In this document: piece after piece, positions 9,254 to 18,009 of the stretch | Numbering within the stretch: position 1 is the first letter of the stretch | How the letters are laid out: the number at the start of each line of letters is the position of its first letter | IMG/VR virus record: IMGVR_UViG_3300034072_002247 | Length of the DNA stretch: 20,000 nt | Origin: an uncultured virus (IMG/VR IMGVR_UViG_3300034072_002247) | Lineage: Duplodnaviria; Heunggongvirae; Uroviricota; Caudoviricetes | Reading direction: 5' to 3' (one strand) | Position numbers and translations under genes: made by a program | Notes under the pieces: model-generated | What the model was told of the DNA's origin: nothing | The model's input: only the letters and a program-made list of their open reading frames with translations | The model's database searches: none

Positions 9254-9278
9254 TATCTTACTAAAATTGGAGTAGATT

Positions 9279-9833
9279 ATGAATGATGTCTTAAAACTTG
9301 AAAATTATTTAAAAAATAATGGTTATGATATTATTTCATCTTTTAAAAGTCCTTCTTCAATAATATTTAAATACAATAAAAAACAATTTATTAAATTTAA
9401 TAAAAATTTAAAGAATATACCATTAAATAAATTTAAATTAAGAAATGGATATTGTTCAAATATTCAAGAAAAATCAATCGTATCTCATAAAAATTATGAA
9501 TTTATAAAAAATGTTTATAATTATATTTCTAATTTTAACTATTTAATATTAGGTGCTGCTTTTTGTAATACATATATTGATATTGAAAGTTTAGATAAGT
9601 ATGCTTATTTAAAATTAGATACTGGTAATGAAATCTATTATTTATCTAATATAAATGAATTTCCAGAAAGGTTTGTGTTTAACAAAAAAGGAATTGTTAA
9701 CTTTAATATTATTAGAATCGAAGAAAACAATTATAAAGAAATAATTGAAAACATATTTTTTTCAGAATTCAAAAGATATAATGAAAAAGCAACTCTTGAA
9801 GATTTTAAATTAGAATTGATTAAAAACTATTAA
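9279..9833 (+). CDS. Hypothetical protein, C-terminal-Tyr tag group
   Basis: 184 aa with GGAG SD. Ends LEDFKLELIKNY. Confidence 0.8.
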   Translation: MNDVLKLENYLKNNGYDIISSFKSPSSIIFKYNKKQFIKFNKNLKNIPLNKFKLRNGYCSNIQEKSIVSHKNYEFIKNVYNYISNFNYLILGAAFCNTYIDIESLDKYAYLKLDTGNEIYYLSNINEFPERFVFNKKGIVNFNIIRIEENNYKEIIENIFFSEFKRYNEKATLEDFKLELIKNY

Positions 9834-9843
9834 GGATTAAAAA

Positions 9844-10479
9844 ATGTATAATGAAACTTTAAAAAAGTATTTAGATTATTTGATTTCAAATTTAAATAAA
9901 AATAATGACATCTTTTTAGTTGAAAAGAAGTCTTCTGATTCTTTTGTTAAATATGAAGATGAAGAAAATGATATATTAGCAACTTTAACCACCTCAACTT
10001 TAAGATTTAGACATCAAAATAAAACTTTTCTTATTGAAGATAAAAGTTCTATTTTTGGAAAAATAAATAATACTGTATTTACAAGTCAAGAACTTCATTC
10101 TGATCCTTTTAAAAACTTTCCAAACTTTTTCAATGATTTCTTGAGTTTGTATAACATAACTAAAAAACTATTTAGTTCACAATCTCTTATTACATATAAT
10201 ATTATTTCTGGTGAAATCTATCATATTATTAGTTATATGTATCCTGATGAAATTGATAGATACTTAACAATAACTAATCATCCTGAATTATTAAGTTTTC
10301 ACAATACAAATATTAAACATATTATTCAAGATGATATTTTTGACATGCATTTTGTTTTAAATACTAACCATGAAAATTTTAAAAAAGATTTTAATGATTT
10401 TAAATTTAATGTATATAAAGAAGAGTTTCCAGAAAAAAATATCGATGATTTTAATTTAGATTTAATAAAAGAATATTAA
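9844..10479 (+). CDS. Hypothetical protein, C-terminal-Tyr tag group; paralog of 10491..11120
   Basis: 211 aa with TAAGGA SD overlapping the previous stop. Ends FPEKNIDDFNLDLIKEY. Confidence 0.85.
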   Translation: MYNETLKKYLDYLISNLNKNNDIFLVEKKSSDSFVKYEDEENDILATLTTSTLRFRHQNKTFLIEDKSSIFGKINNTVFTSQELHSDPFKNFPNFFNDFLSLYNITKKLFSSQSLITYNIISGEIYHIISYMYPDEIDRYLTITNHPELLSFHNTNIKHIIQDDIFDMHFVLNTNHENFKKDFNDFKFNVYKEEFPEKNIDDFNLDLIKEY

Positions 10480-10490
10480 GGATTTTTATA

Positions 10491-11120
10491 TTGAATAGAA
10501 ATTTAAATAAATATTTTTCAGTTATACAAAAAAAATTAGAATACTCTAGTATAATTAAAAAATCTGATCTTTTATTTATAAAAGAAAAAAATTCATTAAA
10601 ATATAAAGACGAAAGCAGAAATTTTTCTGTTACTATTACTAAAGAATGTTTATTCTTGACAGTTAAATTTAAATCTTTTTTTATAAAAACTAAATGTAGT
10701 GTCTTTGGAGATCTAAAAAATACAGTATTTACTTCTCCTGAATTTCATTTGGACGATTCATACTATTCTTTAGACTTTTCAACTTATTTTTCAAATTTAT
10801 ATAATCTAACAGGAGATAAATTTATACCTGTAAAAACAATAACATATAACTTAAAATCATCTAAAATATATAATATAATACATTACCAATATCCAAATAA
10901 ACTTAATAGCTATTTAACGATTACTGATCATCCTGAATTACTTAAATTTCATAGCAAATACTTAATAAATTCAGAATTTAATAATGAACATTATATTTTA
11001 AACATTAATGACAAAAATTTTAAAGAATGTTTTGATAGTTTTATATTAAAATTTTATTTTGAAAAATTTCCAGAAAAAAATATTGATGATTTTAAAATTG
11101 AAAGCCTTATATATTATTGA
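10491..11120 (+). CDS. Hypothetical protein, C-terminal-Tyr tag group; paralog of 9844..10479
   Basis: TTG start after TAAGGA. Shares NTVFTS, ITYN, YLTIT.HPELL.FH and FPEKNIDDF. Ends IESLIYY. Confidence 0.85.
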   Translation: MNRNLNKYFSVIQKKLEYSSIIKKSDLLFIKEKNSLKYKDESRNFSVTITKECLFLTVKFKSFFIKTKCSVFGDLKNTVFTSPEFHLDDSYYSLDFSTYFSNLYNLTGDKFIPVKTITYNLKSSKIYNIIHYQYPNKLNSYLTITDHPELLKFHSKYLINSEFNNEHYILNINDKNFKECFDSFILKFYFEKFPEKNIDDFKIESLIYY

Positions 11121-11173
11121 TTTATTTTAAAGATCAACTATAATTTTATAAATTTAATAAAAAAGGATAAAAA

Positions 11174-11974
11174 ATGCAGTCAAAACAAGTTGAAGCAAAA
11201 TTTTTAAAAAATCATTTTCAAAGTTATTTAAGCTTTAATAGAGATCTTAGTATAAAAGATTTAAGTGTTAAAAAAATACTATCAAATGAACCTTTAGAAT
11301 TTTACTTTTATGATTCTATAAAAGGTTCTTATCAAAATGAAATAAAAAATAAAGTTCCAATGAATGTAAAAAGTATTTGCTTAAATGAAATTTTAAATAT
11401 ATTAACCGAACGTTTAGATTACTTAAAATTGTTAATTGATGAACAATTTAATAGTAAATTTAGACAGATAACAAAATTTCTTAGAAACAATGATGAACTT
11501 AATTCATTAATTTCTGAGCAGTCTAAAATTCAAAAATTGATAGCTAATCCTTCAGAAATAGAAAAAAACATCTTAGTCGAAGTAAGTTTAATAGACCAAA
11601 ATACTTTATATTCTATTCCTTTTAATACTTTGGAATATGGTCAAAATGTTTATATTGTAACTCAAAGTTTTAATTCATATCTTGAAATAAAGAAATATCA
11701 AGTTTCAGATATAATTATAATAAATACAAAAAATGATTCTGAATTTAACACTGATTTTGAATTTAATTACTACTTGAAGAATATTGATACTAATGAATTA
11801 ATTGAAATTAGTTATTATAATTTTAGAAACTTTGATGGTACTAAATCAAACATCAATAATGGGTTTTTATTTGTTGATTTAGAGTCTGCCAAGGAACACT
11901 GTATTCTTTCATTAAATAATCTTAAAAATACTATAGTTGACAAAATAAAAGAGATTCAAAATTATGATAAATAA
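11174..11974 (+). CDS. Hypothetical protein (coiled-coil plus beta-rich C-terminal domain)
   Basis: 266 aa with AAGGA SD. Overlaps the next gene by 11 nt. Confidence 0.8.
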   Translation: MQSKQVEAKFLKNHFQSYLSFNRDLSIKDLSVKKILSNEPLEFYFYDSIKGSYQNEIKNKVPMNVKSICLNEILNILTERLDYLKLLIDEQFNSKFRQITKFLRNNDELNSLISEQSKIQKLIANPSEIEKNILVEVSLIDQNTLYSIPFNTLEYGQNVYIVTQSFNSYLEIKKYQVSDIIIINTKNDSEFNTDFEFNYYLKNIDTNELIEISYYNFRNFDGTKSNINNGFLFVDLESAKEHCILSLNNLKNTIVDKIKEIQNYDK

Positions 11975-12590
11975 TTTTATTAAAGATCAAAAACAATTTT
12001 ATTCTAAATTAATTTTTGAAAATATTTTTGAAAGTATAAATAAGATAGAAGAAAATAATTATATTTATACTCCTGTAGGAGCATATTTAATAAAAAAAGA
12101 TAATAAAATAAATAATAATATAGATATCTTTACCATTATTAATTCAAAACTAAAAAATCATACTTCAACTTTTGGAACTACTGGAAGAGGTAAATCTGTC
12201 TTTTTAGAAGATATTTTTTATTCTGATTTGTTAAATAAAATTCCTAACATTGTTAAAACTTTAAAATTTAAAAGTGAACTTGCATATTATTTTTTTAGTT
12301 TAATAGAACTTAATTTAAAAGATGTTAATAAATCTATATTTTTATTAAATTTAAGTATATATAAAGATGTTTCTTATATAATAAACACCAATAATATTGA
12401 ATCTTTTAGCTTTAATTTTAATATAAAAATTAATAACTTATTTGTAGAAGATAATAATTTATTCAAAGAAGATCTTCTTAAAATTTCTTATATTTTAGAA
12501 ACTGATTCTTTTGATGAAGACATTTTAAACAATTTGAATTCAGAAAACTATTCAGATTATATTAAACTTTCAAACATCGAATTATATTAA
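11964..12590 (+). CDS. Hypothetical protein, C-terminal-Tyr tag group, with isolated Walker A-like motif
   Basis: 208 aa. GTTGRGKS at 12174-12197. Ends SDYIKLSNIELY. Confidence 0.75.
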   Translation: MINNFIKDQKQFYSKLIFENIFESINKIEENNYIYTPVGAYLIKKDNKINNNIDIFTIINSKLKNHTSTFGTTGRGKSVFLEDIFYSDLLNKIPNIVKTLKFKSELAYYFFSLIELNLKDVNKSIFLLNLSIYKDVSYIINTNNIESFSFNFNIKINNLFVEDNNLFKEDLLKISYILETDSFDEDILNNLNSENYSDYIKLSNIELY

Positions 12591-12675
12591 AAATCTTTTA
12601 TATATTATTTTTTACTTGAAAAAAAGTTTTCATTTGTAATAATATAAATAAAATTGAAAAATAAAAGGAGACAAC

Positions 12676-13623
12676 ATGTTAAAAAAATCAGCTTTAGTAA
12701 TTTCTTTAGCTATAATTGCTGGATGTAGTTCTGTAAGTTCTTATGAAAAAATTGCTTCAAATACAGAATATACTTATGACCATTCTTTAAAACAGTCAGT
12801 TATTAAAGGACCTATAGATGAATCAAAACCACAAGGTGCAAGAGTTGAAGACTTTAAATATGATTTAATTATAAAAGATTCTACTGTTTTTGCTAATGTT
12901 TCTTTTAACTACAAAGATAAAAGCCCAAGAGTATACACACATGTTGTTGACTCAATGGGGGTTAGTTATCAACTATTAAACCAAAAAGATAAAGTATTAG
13001 ATTGTGGAATTAATGGAACAATAAATTATGGAACTTGTAATTTTGAACAGTCTTTTACTTTCCAAATGCCTAGAGATAATCGTTATCAGTTCTCTTTAAT
13101 AGGTAAATCAAGTAATAGTAGTGTTTATTTTAAAATCAATAAAGATTATATTGCTGTAATGGATGATTTTATGTATAGATTAAAAACTCCAAGAGCCGAT
13201 TATGATGAAGCAACTATAAAAAAAGAAACACTATTAGCAGCTAAACCAGCACCAGTACAAAAACCTTCTGTTTCTATTCCACAACCAATTGTAGGTAATG
13301 CTTTAGAACAAGAAAAAAACAATGCACCTAAAGTTTCTACAGTTGCTATAAATAAACCATTAATTGTAAATAATCCTCCTATTGTTAAGCAATTTGAGAA
13401 TAATAAACAATGTAATTGTTCAACTGGAAATGCTTTAACTGTTTCCAATAAACCTGTTTTAGAACCAATGGCAAAAACACCTTTCTGCTCAACTATGAAG
13501 TTTAAAAACTCTTGTGCTGAGATAACTAGTTGTAGAGAGGCTTATGACCAGTACTCTTGTGGTAATAAAAAGTTAGATCCTACAAGAAAAGGTATGCCTT
13601 GTCCTAATGTATGTAAACTTTAA
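12676..13623 (+). CDS. Lipoprotein with Pro-rich linker and C-terminal Excalibur-like domain
   Basis: Lipobox IIAG-C17 and AGGAG SD. C-terminal C..KNSCAEITSCREAY...CG...LD....G.PCP.VC matches the proteobacterial Excalibur pattern. Confidence 0.8.
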   Translation: MLKKSALVISLAIIAGCSSVSSYEKIASNTEYTYDHSLKQSVIKGPIDESKPQGARVEDFKYDLIIKDSTVFANVSFNYKDKSPRVYTHVVDSMGVSYQLLNQKDKVLDCGINGTINYGTCNFEQSFTFQMPRDNRYQFSLIGKSSNSSVYFKINKDYIAVMDDFMYRLKTPRADYDEATIKKETLLAAKPAPVQKPSVSIPQPIVGNALEQEKNNAPKVSTVAINKPLIVNNPPIVKQFENNKQCNCSTGNALTVSNKPVLEPMAKTPFCSTMKFKNSCAEITSCREAYDQYSCGNKKLDPTRKGMPCPNVCKL

Positions 13624-13626
13624 AAT

Positions 13627-13654
13627 AAAAACCGCTTAGGCGGTTTTATTTTTT
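13627..13654. terminator. Bidirectional rho-independent terminator
   Basis: AAAACCGC-ttag-GCGGTTTT between convergent genes. Confidence 0.85.
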
Positions 13655-14305
13655 ATTCAAATCTTTAATTTTTTCTATTATACCTTTTTCACTAAATCTA
13701 AAGTAATTACTATAGATTAAATCCCAATTATTATAATTATCTATTAATATTTTATATTTTTTATTTTTACTGTTTATTTCTAAACTTACATTGTTTTCAT
13801 AATCGCATTCTTTAAAATTATTATCTTCTCTTATTTCATAACTAAAATCACATATTTTTACATTGTATGGATAAAATTCTTTATAATATTTTTCAATTAA
13901 TATTTGATTATCAATTTCTAGTCCTTCAATTTTATTTAATAATATTTTTATATTTGCTACATCTTTTTTTAAAAAATAACCAAATAAAAAATTATCTATT
14001 ATTTTTTTATTGTTATCAAATTTTATAAAATAATCTATATTAAGATTATTTTCTTCATTCTTATAATTAAACTGAATTTCCGTTATATAGTCCAAACTAT
14101 ACTTCTCTTTTATATTTATTGATTTTTTATAAACATTAATTTGATTTGAATTATTATTATAAACTAAATTTTTAACACCATTATCTTTTAAATACTTATT
14201 TAATGATATTATATATTCTTTGTTCATTTGTTCATTTTCTTTATAAATATAAAATCCAGAAAAAATAGCTAATATAAAAAACACTAAAACTATATTTTTT
14301 CCCAT
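13646..14305 (-). CDS. Hypothetical protein with single N-terminal membrane anchor
   Basis: IVLVFFILAIFSGFYIY helix. AAGGA SD favours ATG14305 over GTG14320. Confidence 0.7.
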   Translation of the reverse strand: MGKNIVLVFFILAIFSGFYIYKENEQMNKEYIISLNKYLKDNGVKNLVYNNNSNQINVYKKSINIKEKYSLDYITEIQFNYKNEENNLNIDYFIKFDNNKKIIDNFLFGYFLKKDVANIKILLNKIEGLEIDNQILIEKYYKEFYPYNVKICDFSYEIREDNNFKECDYENNVSLEINSKNKKYKILIDNYNNWDLIYSNYFRFSEKGIIEKIKDLNKK

Positions 14306-14368
14306 TCTTAATTCCTTCACTTGAACTATTAGAATATGATTTTTACCATTTTATATACAAAAAGTCAA

Positions 14369-14397
14369 TTGCATTAATATCTTAAAAATGTTATAAT
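14369..14397 (+). promoter_or_regulatory. Sigma70-type promoter for the 14420 operon
   Basis: TTGCAT-17-TATAAT with extended TG. Confidence 0.7.
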
Positions 14398-14419
14398 AAC
14401 GAACATTTGGAGAAAAAGA

Positions 14420-15133
14420 ATGCAGTTAACAGATAAAATAAAAAATGTCCTTTATCATCATTCTCATGAAATTCAGGATAATATTGTTCAAAAAGACAGT
14501 AGCAATAACTGGCACATGACTCGTTATATTCGAAAAAATATTATTCCTGAAAGTCCTATATCTTTTGAAAAAATTGAAGATCAGATTTTTTTTGTAATTT
14601 ATAAAAATGTTAAAATTGCTATATACGATGAAAGATCTTTATGTTTGTTTCAAGTTCTTAACCCTTATGTAGAAAATAAAAAAGTAATTTTATCTGAAAT
14701 TGAAATGTTTCATTACTATTTGAAATCTATATTAAAAAATTATCTTTTTTTTATGTATATTATTGAAGAAAATAATAATTATATTGATTACATTAAATTT
14801 TTAGATGATGAAAAAACATTTTATTCTGAAATTGTTTCTAAACCAAGTAATCCTGTTAATCTTTATGTTTCTATCACTAATCGTAAAGTTATTGTTAAAA
14901 TTAAAAATAAGTATATTAAAGATTTAGAATTAACATTATATTCTGGAGATGATTTCTTTGAATTTTCTATTACAAAAGAAAAAGATAAAGCAAAAGTTCA
15001 TAAAAATTTTAAATCATTTCTAAATTACTTTAATAATTATTTGTATGAAAATATAATTTATAAAACTACAAATATTAAAGTTGAAGATTTTGATAAAGAA
15101 CAATTAAAATTATTTAGGATTCTATCAGTATGA
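14420..15133 (+). CDS. Hypothetical protein, C-terminal tag group (variant ending V)
   Basis: 237 aa with GGAG SD. Ends NIKVEDFDKEQLKLFRILSV. ATGA overlap with the next gene. Confidence 0.8.
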   Translation: MQLTDKIKNVLYHHSHEIQDNIVQKDSSNNWHMTRYIRKNIIPESPISFEKIEDQIFFVIYKNVKIAIYDERSLCLFQVLNPYVENKKVILSEIEMFHYYLKSILKNYLFFMYIIEENNNYIDYIKFLDDEKTFYSEIVSKPSNPVNLYVSITNRKVIVKIKNKYIKDLELTLYSGDDFFEFSITKEKDKAKVHKNFKSFLNYFNNYLYENIIYKTTNIKVEDFDKEQLKLFRILSV

Positions 15134-15915
15134 ATTTTATTGATCTTTCAGAAGAAAAAGATGATTCAAATATATCAATTGAACTATTTGATGAAAATTC
15201 ATCTTTTTCAGTTAAGTTTAATAATGTAGAGAAATGTTTTAAAAAAGATATTTTTTATTCTATTTTTAATTTTTTTAAAGAAAACTTAACAAAACGAGTT
15301 CCTTTATTAATTGATTACAATGAAGAATCTGGAATTTCTTTAGTTTCTATAATTGAAAAAAACAATAAATTAGATTTAGGTTATATTTTTGATATTCAAA
15401 AAATATCTGATGTAGAATCTGTATCTTTTTCTATTAGTAATATTTATTATAATGAAGAAAAAATATTTAAATTTGATCATTTTAGAGATATTAAAGTTAT
15501 CTTTAGTCAGTTTTTAAATTTTATGATTGTGATGTATGGATTAAAACATTCATATAAAATACATAATATAATTGAAAATGAGAAAAATTTATTCAACTAT
15601 TTACAAGATTTTTTAGATAATAAATACATTGATTTATTTGACTTTATGAATTTTAACATTGATAATAAAACAGCAAAATTAAGAATTCATGATTTAAATA
15701 TAGACTTAAATATAGATTTAACTTATAATTATTCCAATAAAAATTTAATTTTGAATAATAATGATAAAACTTTTATATATGAAAATAAAAATTTTTTTTT
15801 AAAGTTTTTTTCTAAAGACCTTTACTCTTTAGATATAGAAAAAAAAATAGAAATACCTTATGAAGAATTTAATTTTAAACATTTATATTTGTTAAATATC
15901 ATAAATCACTATTGA
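15130..15915 (+). CDS. Hypothetical protein, C-terminal-Tyr tag group
   Basis: 261 aa, coupled by ATGA with AGGA upstream. Ends EIPYEEFNFKHLYLLNIINHY. Confidence 0.8.
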   Translation: MNFIDLSEEKDDSNISIELFDENSSFSVKFNNVEKCFKKDIFYSIFNFFKENLTKRVPLLIDYNEESGISLVSIIEKNNKLDLGYIFDIQKISDVESVSFSISNIYYNEEKIFKFDHFRDIKVIFSQFLNFMIVMYGLKHSYKIHNIIENEKNLFNYLQDFLDNKYIDLFDFMNFNIDNKTAKLRIHDLNIDLNIDLTYNYSNKNLILNNNDKTFIYENKNFFLKFFSKDLYSLDIEKKIEIPYEEFNFKHLYLLNIINHY

Positions 15916-15945
15916 AATATATTTCTATTATGTTAAATTATAAAA

Positions 15946-16082
15946 ACATCGTTTCTTCAGCAAAATAATAAATAAATAAGTCTTATTGAAACGAATACTT
16001 TAATATACAGAACTTAATTTTCATAACTCTCTTTTATTATAAGACTTAAAATTCTTTAATCCCCAATTTGGGGATTTTTTTT
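15946..16082 (+). ncRNA. Candidate structured small RNA (~135 nt)
   Basis: Intergenic, preceded by TTGAAA-16-(TG-t)TAAATT and ending in a terminator. Pairings TCGTTTC/GAAACGA and TAAGTCTTAT/ATAAGACTTA. Confidence 0.4.
16059..16082 (+). terminator. Rho-independent terminator
   Basis: ATCCCCA-att-TGGGGAT followed by a T run. Confidence 0.85.
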
Positions 16083-16172
16083 AAACATTTGTTTTATTTT
16101 ATTATCTTTTTTTCTATTGAAATCAATTATTAATAATTTAAAATTATAATATAAGCATTAAAATGGTGGAGC

Positions 16173-16718
16173 ATGCAAAACAAGGATAGTTTTGATAAAG
16201 GCTTTATTAATGAAATAAATACTTTTACTGTTAATCCAAGTATAAACCTTGGCTATTATCCAGAACTTAATAATGAAAAAATTGAATCAATTATTTTTAA
16301 ATCTCTTTTGAAAGAAAAAATAATAGAATTAATATTTAAAGATATAAATATGAAATTAAATGATTTAAATTTTATTAATATATTTTTCAATAATCAAATT
16401 TGTTTAAAAACAATATCTAAAGAATATATAATCAATAGTATAAATCACGATGGTAATCATTATTATTTTGAACATTTAATTAAGGATTATATTAACAACT
16501 CTGAAGTTTCTTTTATTTATAAAATCATAAATAAAAAACATGATGATTTTTTAATACAAAAACAAACTATAAAGTTTGATAACAATCTTATAGAATATTC
16601 TGATTTTTCATTGTTTAAAAAAATAATTTTTGAAAATATAGTTTGTAAATGTTTAAATAAAAACATTAATGAAATAAAACTTTCAGATTATAGACTTCTT
16701 TGGATTTTTAATTATTAA
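16173..16718 (+). CDS. Hypothetical protein, C-terminal-Tyr tag group
   Basis: 181 aa with GGTGGAG upstream. Ends NKNINEIKLSDYRLLWIFNY. Confidence 0.75.
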   Translation: MQNKDSFDKGFINEINTFTVNPSINLGYYPELNNEKIESIIFKSLLKEKIIELIFKDINMKLNDLNFINIFFNNQICLKTISKEYIINSINHDGNHYYFEHLIKDYINNSEVSFIYKIINKKHDDFLIQKQTIKFDNNLIEYSDFSLFKKIIFENIVCKCLNKNINEIKLSDYRLLWIFNY

Positions 16719-17277
16719 TATACTTTAATTCAATTAATCTATTTGTAACTATACCTATATTAGAAACTTCTAACATTCTTGCTATGTTTCCTATATTACA
16801 TTCTACTTTCATTTCTCTTAATCTATTTATTGTATTAAATATTACTTCTTTTGGCATTAATAATCTTTTTGTAAATTCTTCTGCTTTTTTTTCATGCTCT
16901 CTTACACATTCACCACGAATGCTTTTTTCGTCTATATGTACGCATTTTGATTTTTCATTATCTAAAAATCCGCTCGTTATATAACTTAATGAATAAGATA
17001 TACATAATCTTAAAGATTCTATTGTCATTCCTTTTTTATAATGCAATATATATTCATTATCTATATTACTTATTGTTGCAAAAAAATTATTAAATTCTTT
17101 ATCTATACTTGTATCAAATTCTATAAATTCAAATTTAAACTCTTTTATATTTAAAGCTAAATCTATTACATTTATTTGAAAATCTATTTTTTTTAAATAT
17201 TTTTCAAGCAAATATTCAGGTGTTAATTTATAAATTCTTTTAATTCTAGCATTATTTAAATCAATTATATTACTCAT
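16708..17277 (-). CDS. ImmA/IrrE (DUF955)-like protein, apparently catalytically inactive
   Basis: QINVIDLA, YILHY, SLRLCISYSLSY (aligned to RFTIAHELGH), EKKAEEFTKRLLMP and IARMLEVS..IVTNRLIEL follow the family layout. Start at MSNIIDL preferred. Confidence 0.7.
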   Translation of the reverse strand: MSNIIDLNNARIKRIYKLTPEYLLEKYLKKIDFQINVIDLALNIKEFKFEFIEFDTSIDKEFNNFFATISNIDNEYILHYKKGMTIESLRLCISYSLSYITSGFLDNEKSKCVHIDEKSIRGECVREHEKKAEEFTKRLLMPKEVIFNTINRLREMKVECNIGNIARMLEVSNIGIVTNRLIELKYINN

Positions 17278-17393
17278 TAAAAAATTCCATTTTCTTAATT
17301 CCTTAATTTTAGTATAACACTTTTTTAAAATTTCAAACATTGATTTAATATAATAATTAATTTAATATAATAATATGTAATAATTTATATATT

Positions 17394-17939
17394 ATGAAGA
17401 TAGCTATTAAAAATAATTTTCAAGATGAATTATTCTTTTATCAAATTCTAAGTTGTATTGATCATTTTTTATTAGTTGACTTTAAGTTAACTGGCCTTGA
17501 TGGTAAATATAAAGATTATATTTTAAAATTAATTCATAATTTTAGGTCGATAAGAAAAAACTTAATTCATGAACCTAATCTTATTTTAGAAATATATCCA
17601 CATGATGAAAAATATTTAAATAACATACATAACATAAAATCATTGTATGACTATCCATTAGATATATCTAATAAACAATATTCTTTTTATATAGATTTTT
17701 CAGATTTTTATAATTTATCATTTTATGAATTTGAAAAAGGTACAATATTTTCAAAACTATCTTTAAATAAAAATGTTATCTCCGCAGAAGAAATAAAAAC
17801 ATCTATGTTATTTGATAATTTTCAATCTAATATAAATTTTTATTTAATAGAACCTATTAAAAAATTATTAGATACTGATAAAGATTTTTACCAAATATCT
17901 AAAGAAGAATTTCAAATATTAAAATTAATTCAATACTAA
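17394..17939 (+). CDS. Hypothetical protein, C-terminal-Tyr tag group
   Basis: 181 aa with no clear SD (possibly leaderless or short leader). Ends QISKEEFQILKLIQY. Confidence 0.75.
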   Translation: MKIAIKNNFQDELFFYQILSCIDHFLLVDFKLTGLDGKYKDYILKLIHNFRSIRKNLIHEPNLILEIYPHDEKYLNNIHNIKSLYDYPLDISNKQYSFYIDFSDFYNLSFYEFEKGTIFSKLSLNKNVISAEEIKTSMLFDNFQSNINFYLIEPIKKLLDTDKDFYQISKEEFQILKLIQY

Positions 17940-17954
17940 AATATAAACTAAAAA

Positions 17955-17983
17955 TTGACATTTTTTTATTTTTTTTATATAAT
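17955..17983 (+). promoter_or_regulatory. Consensus sigma70 promoter
   Basis: Perfect TTGACA-17-TATAAT. GGAG SD at 17997-18000. Confidence 0.85.
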
Positions 17984-18009
17984 TTTCTATCAAATTGGAG
18001 TAATTCATA

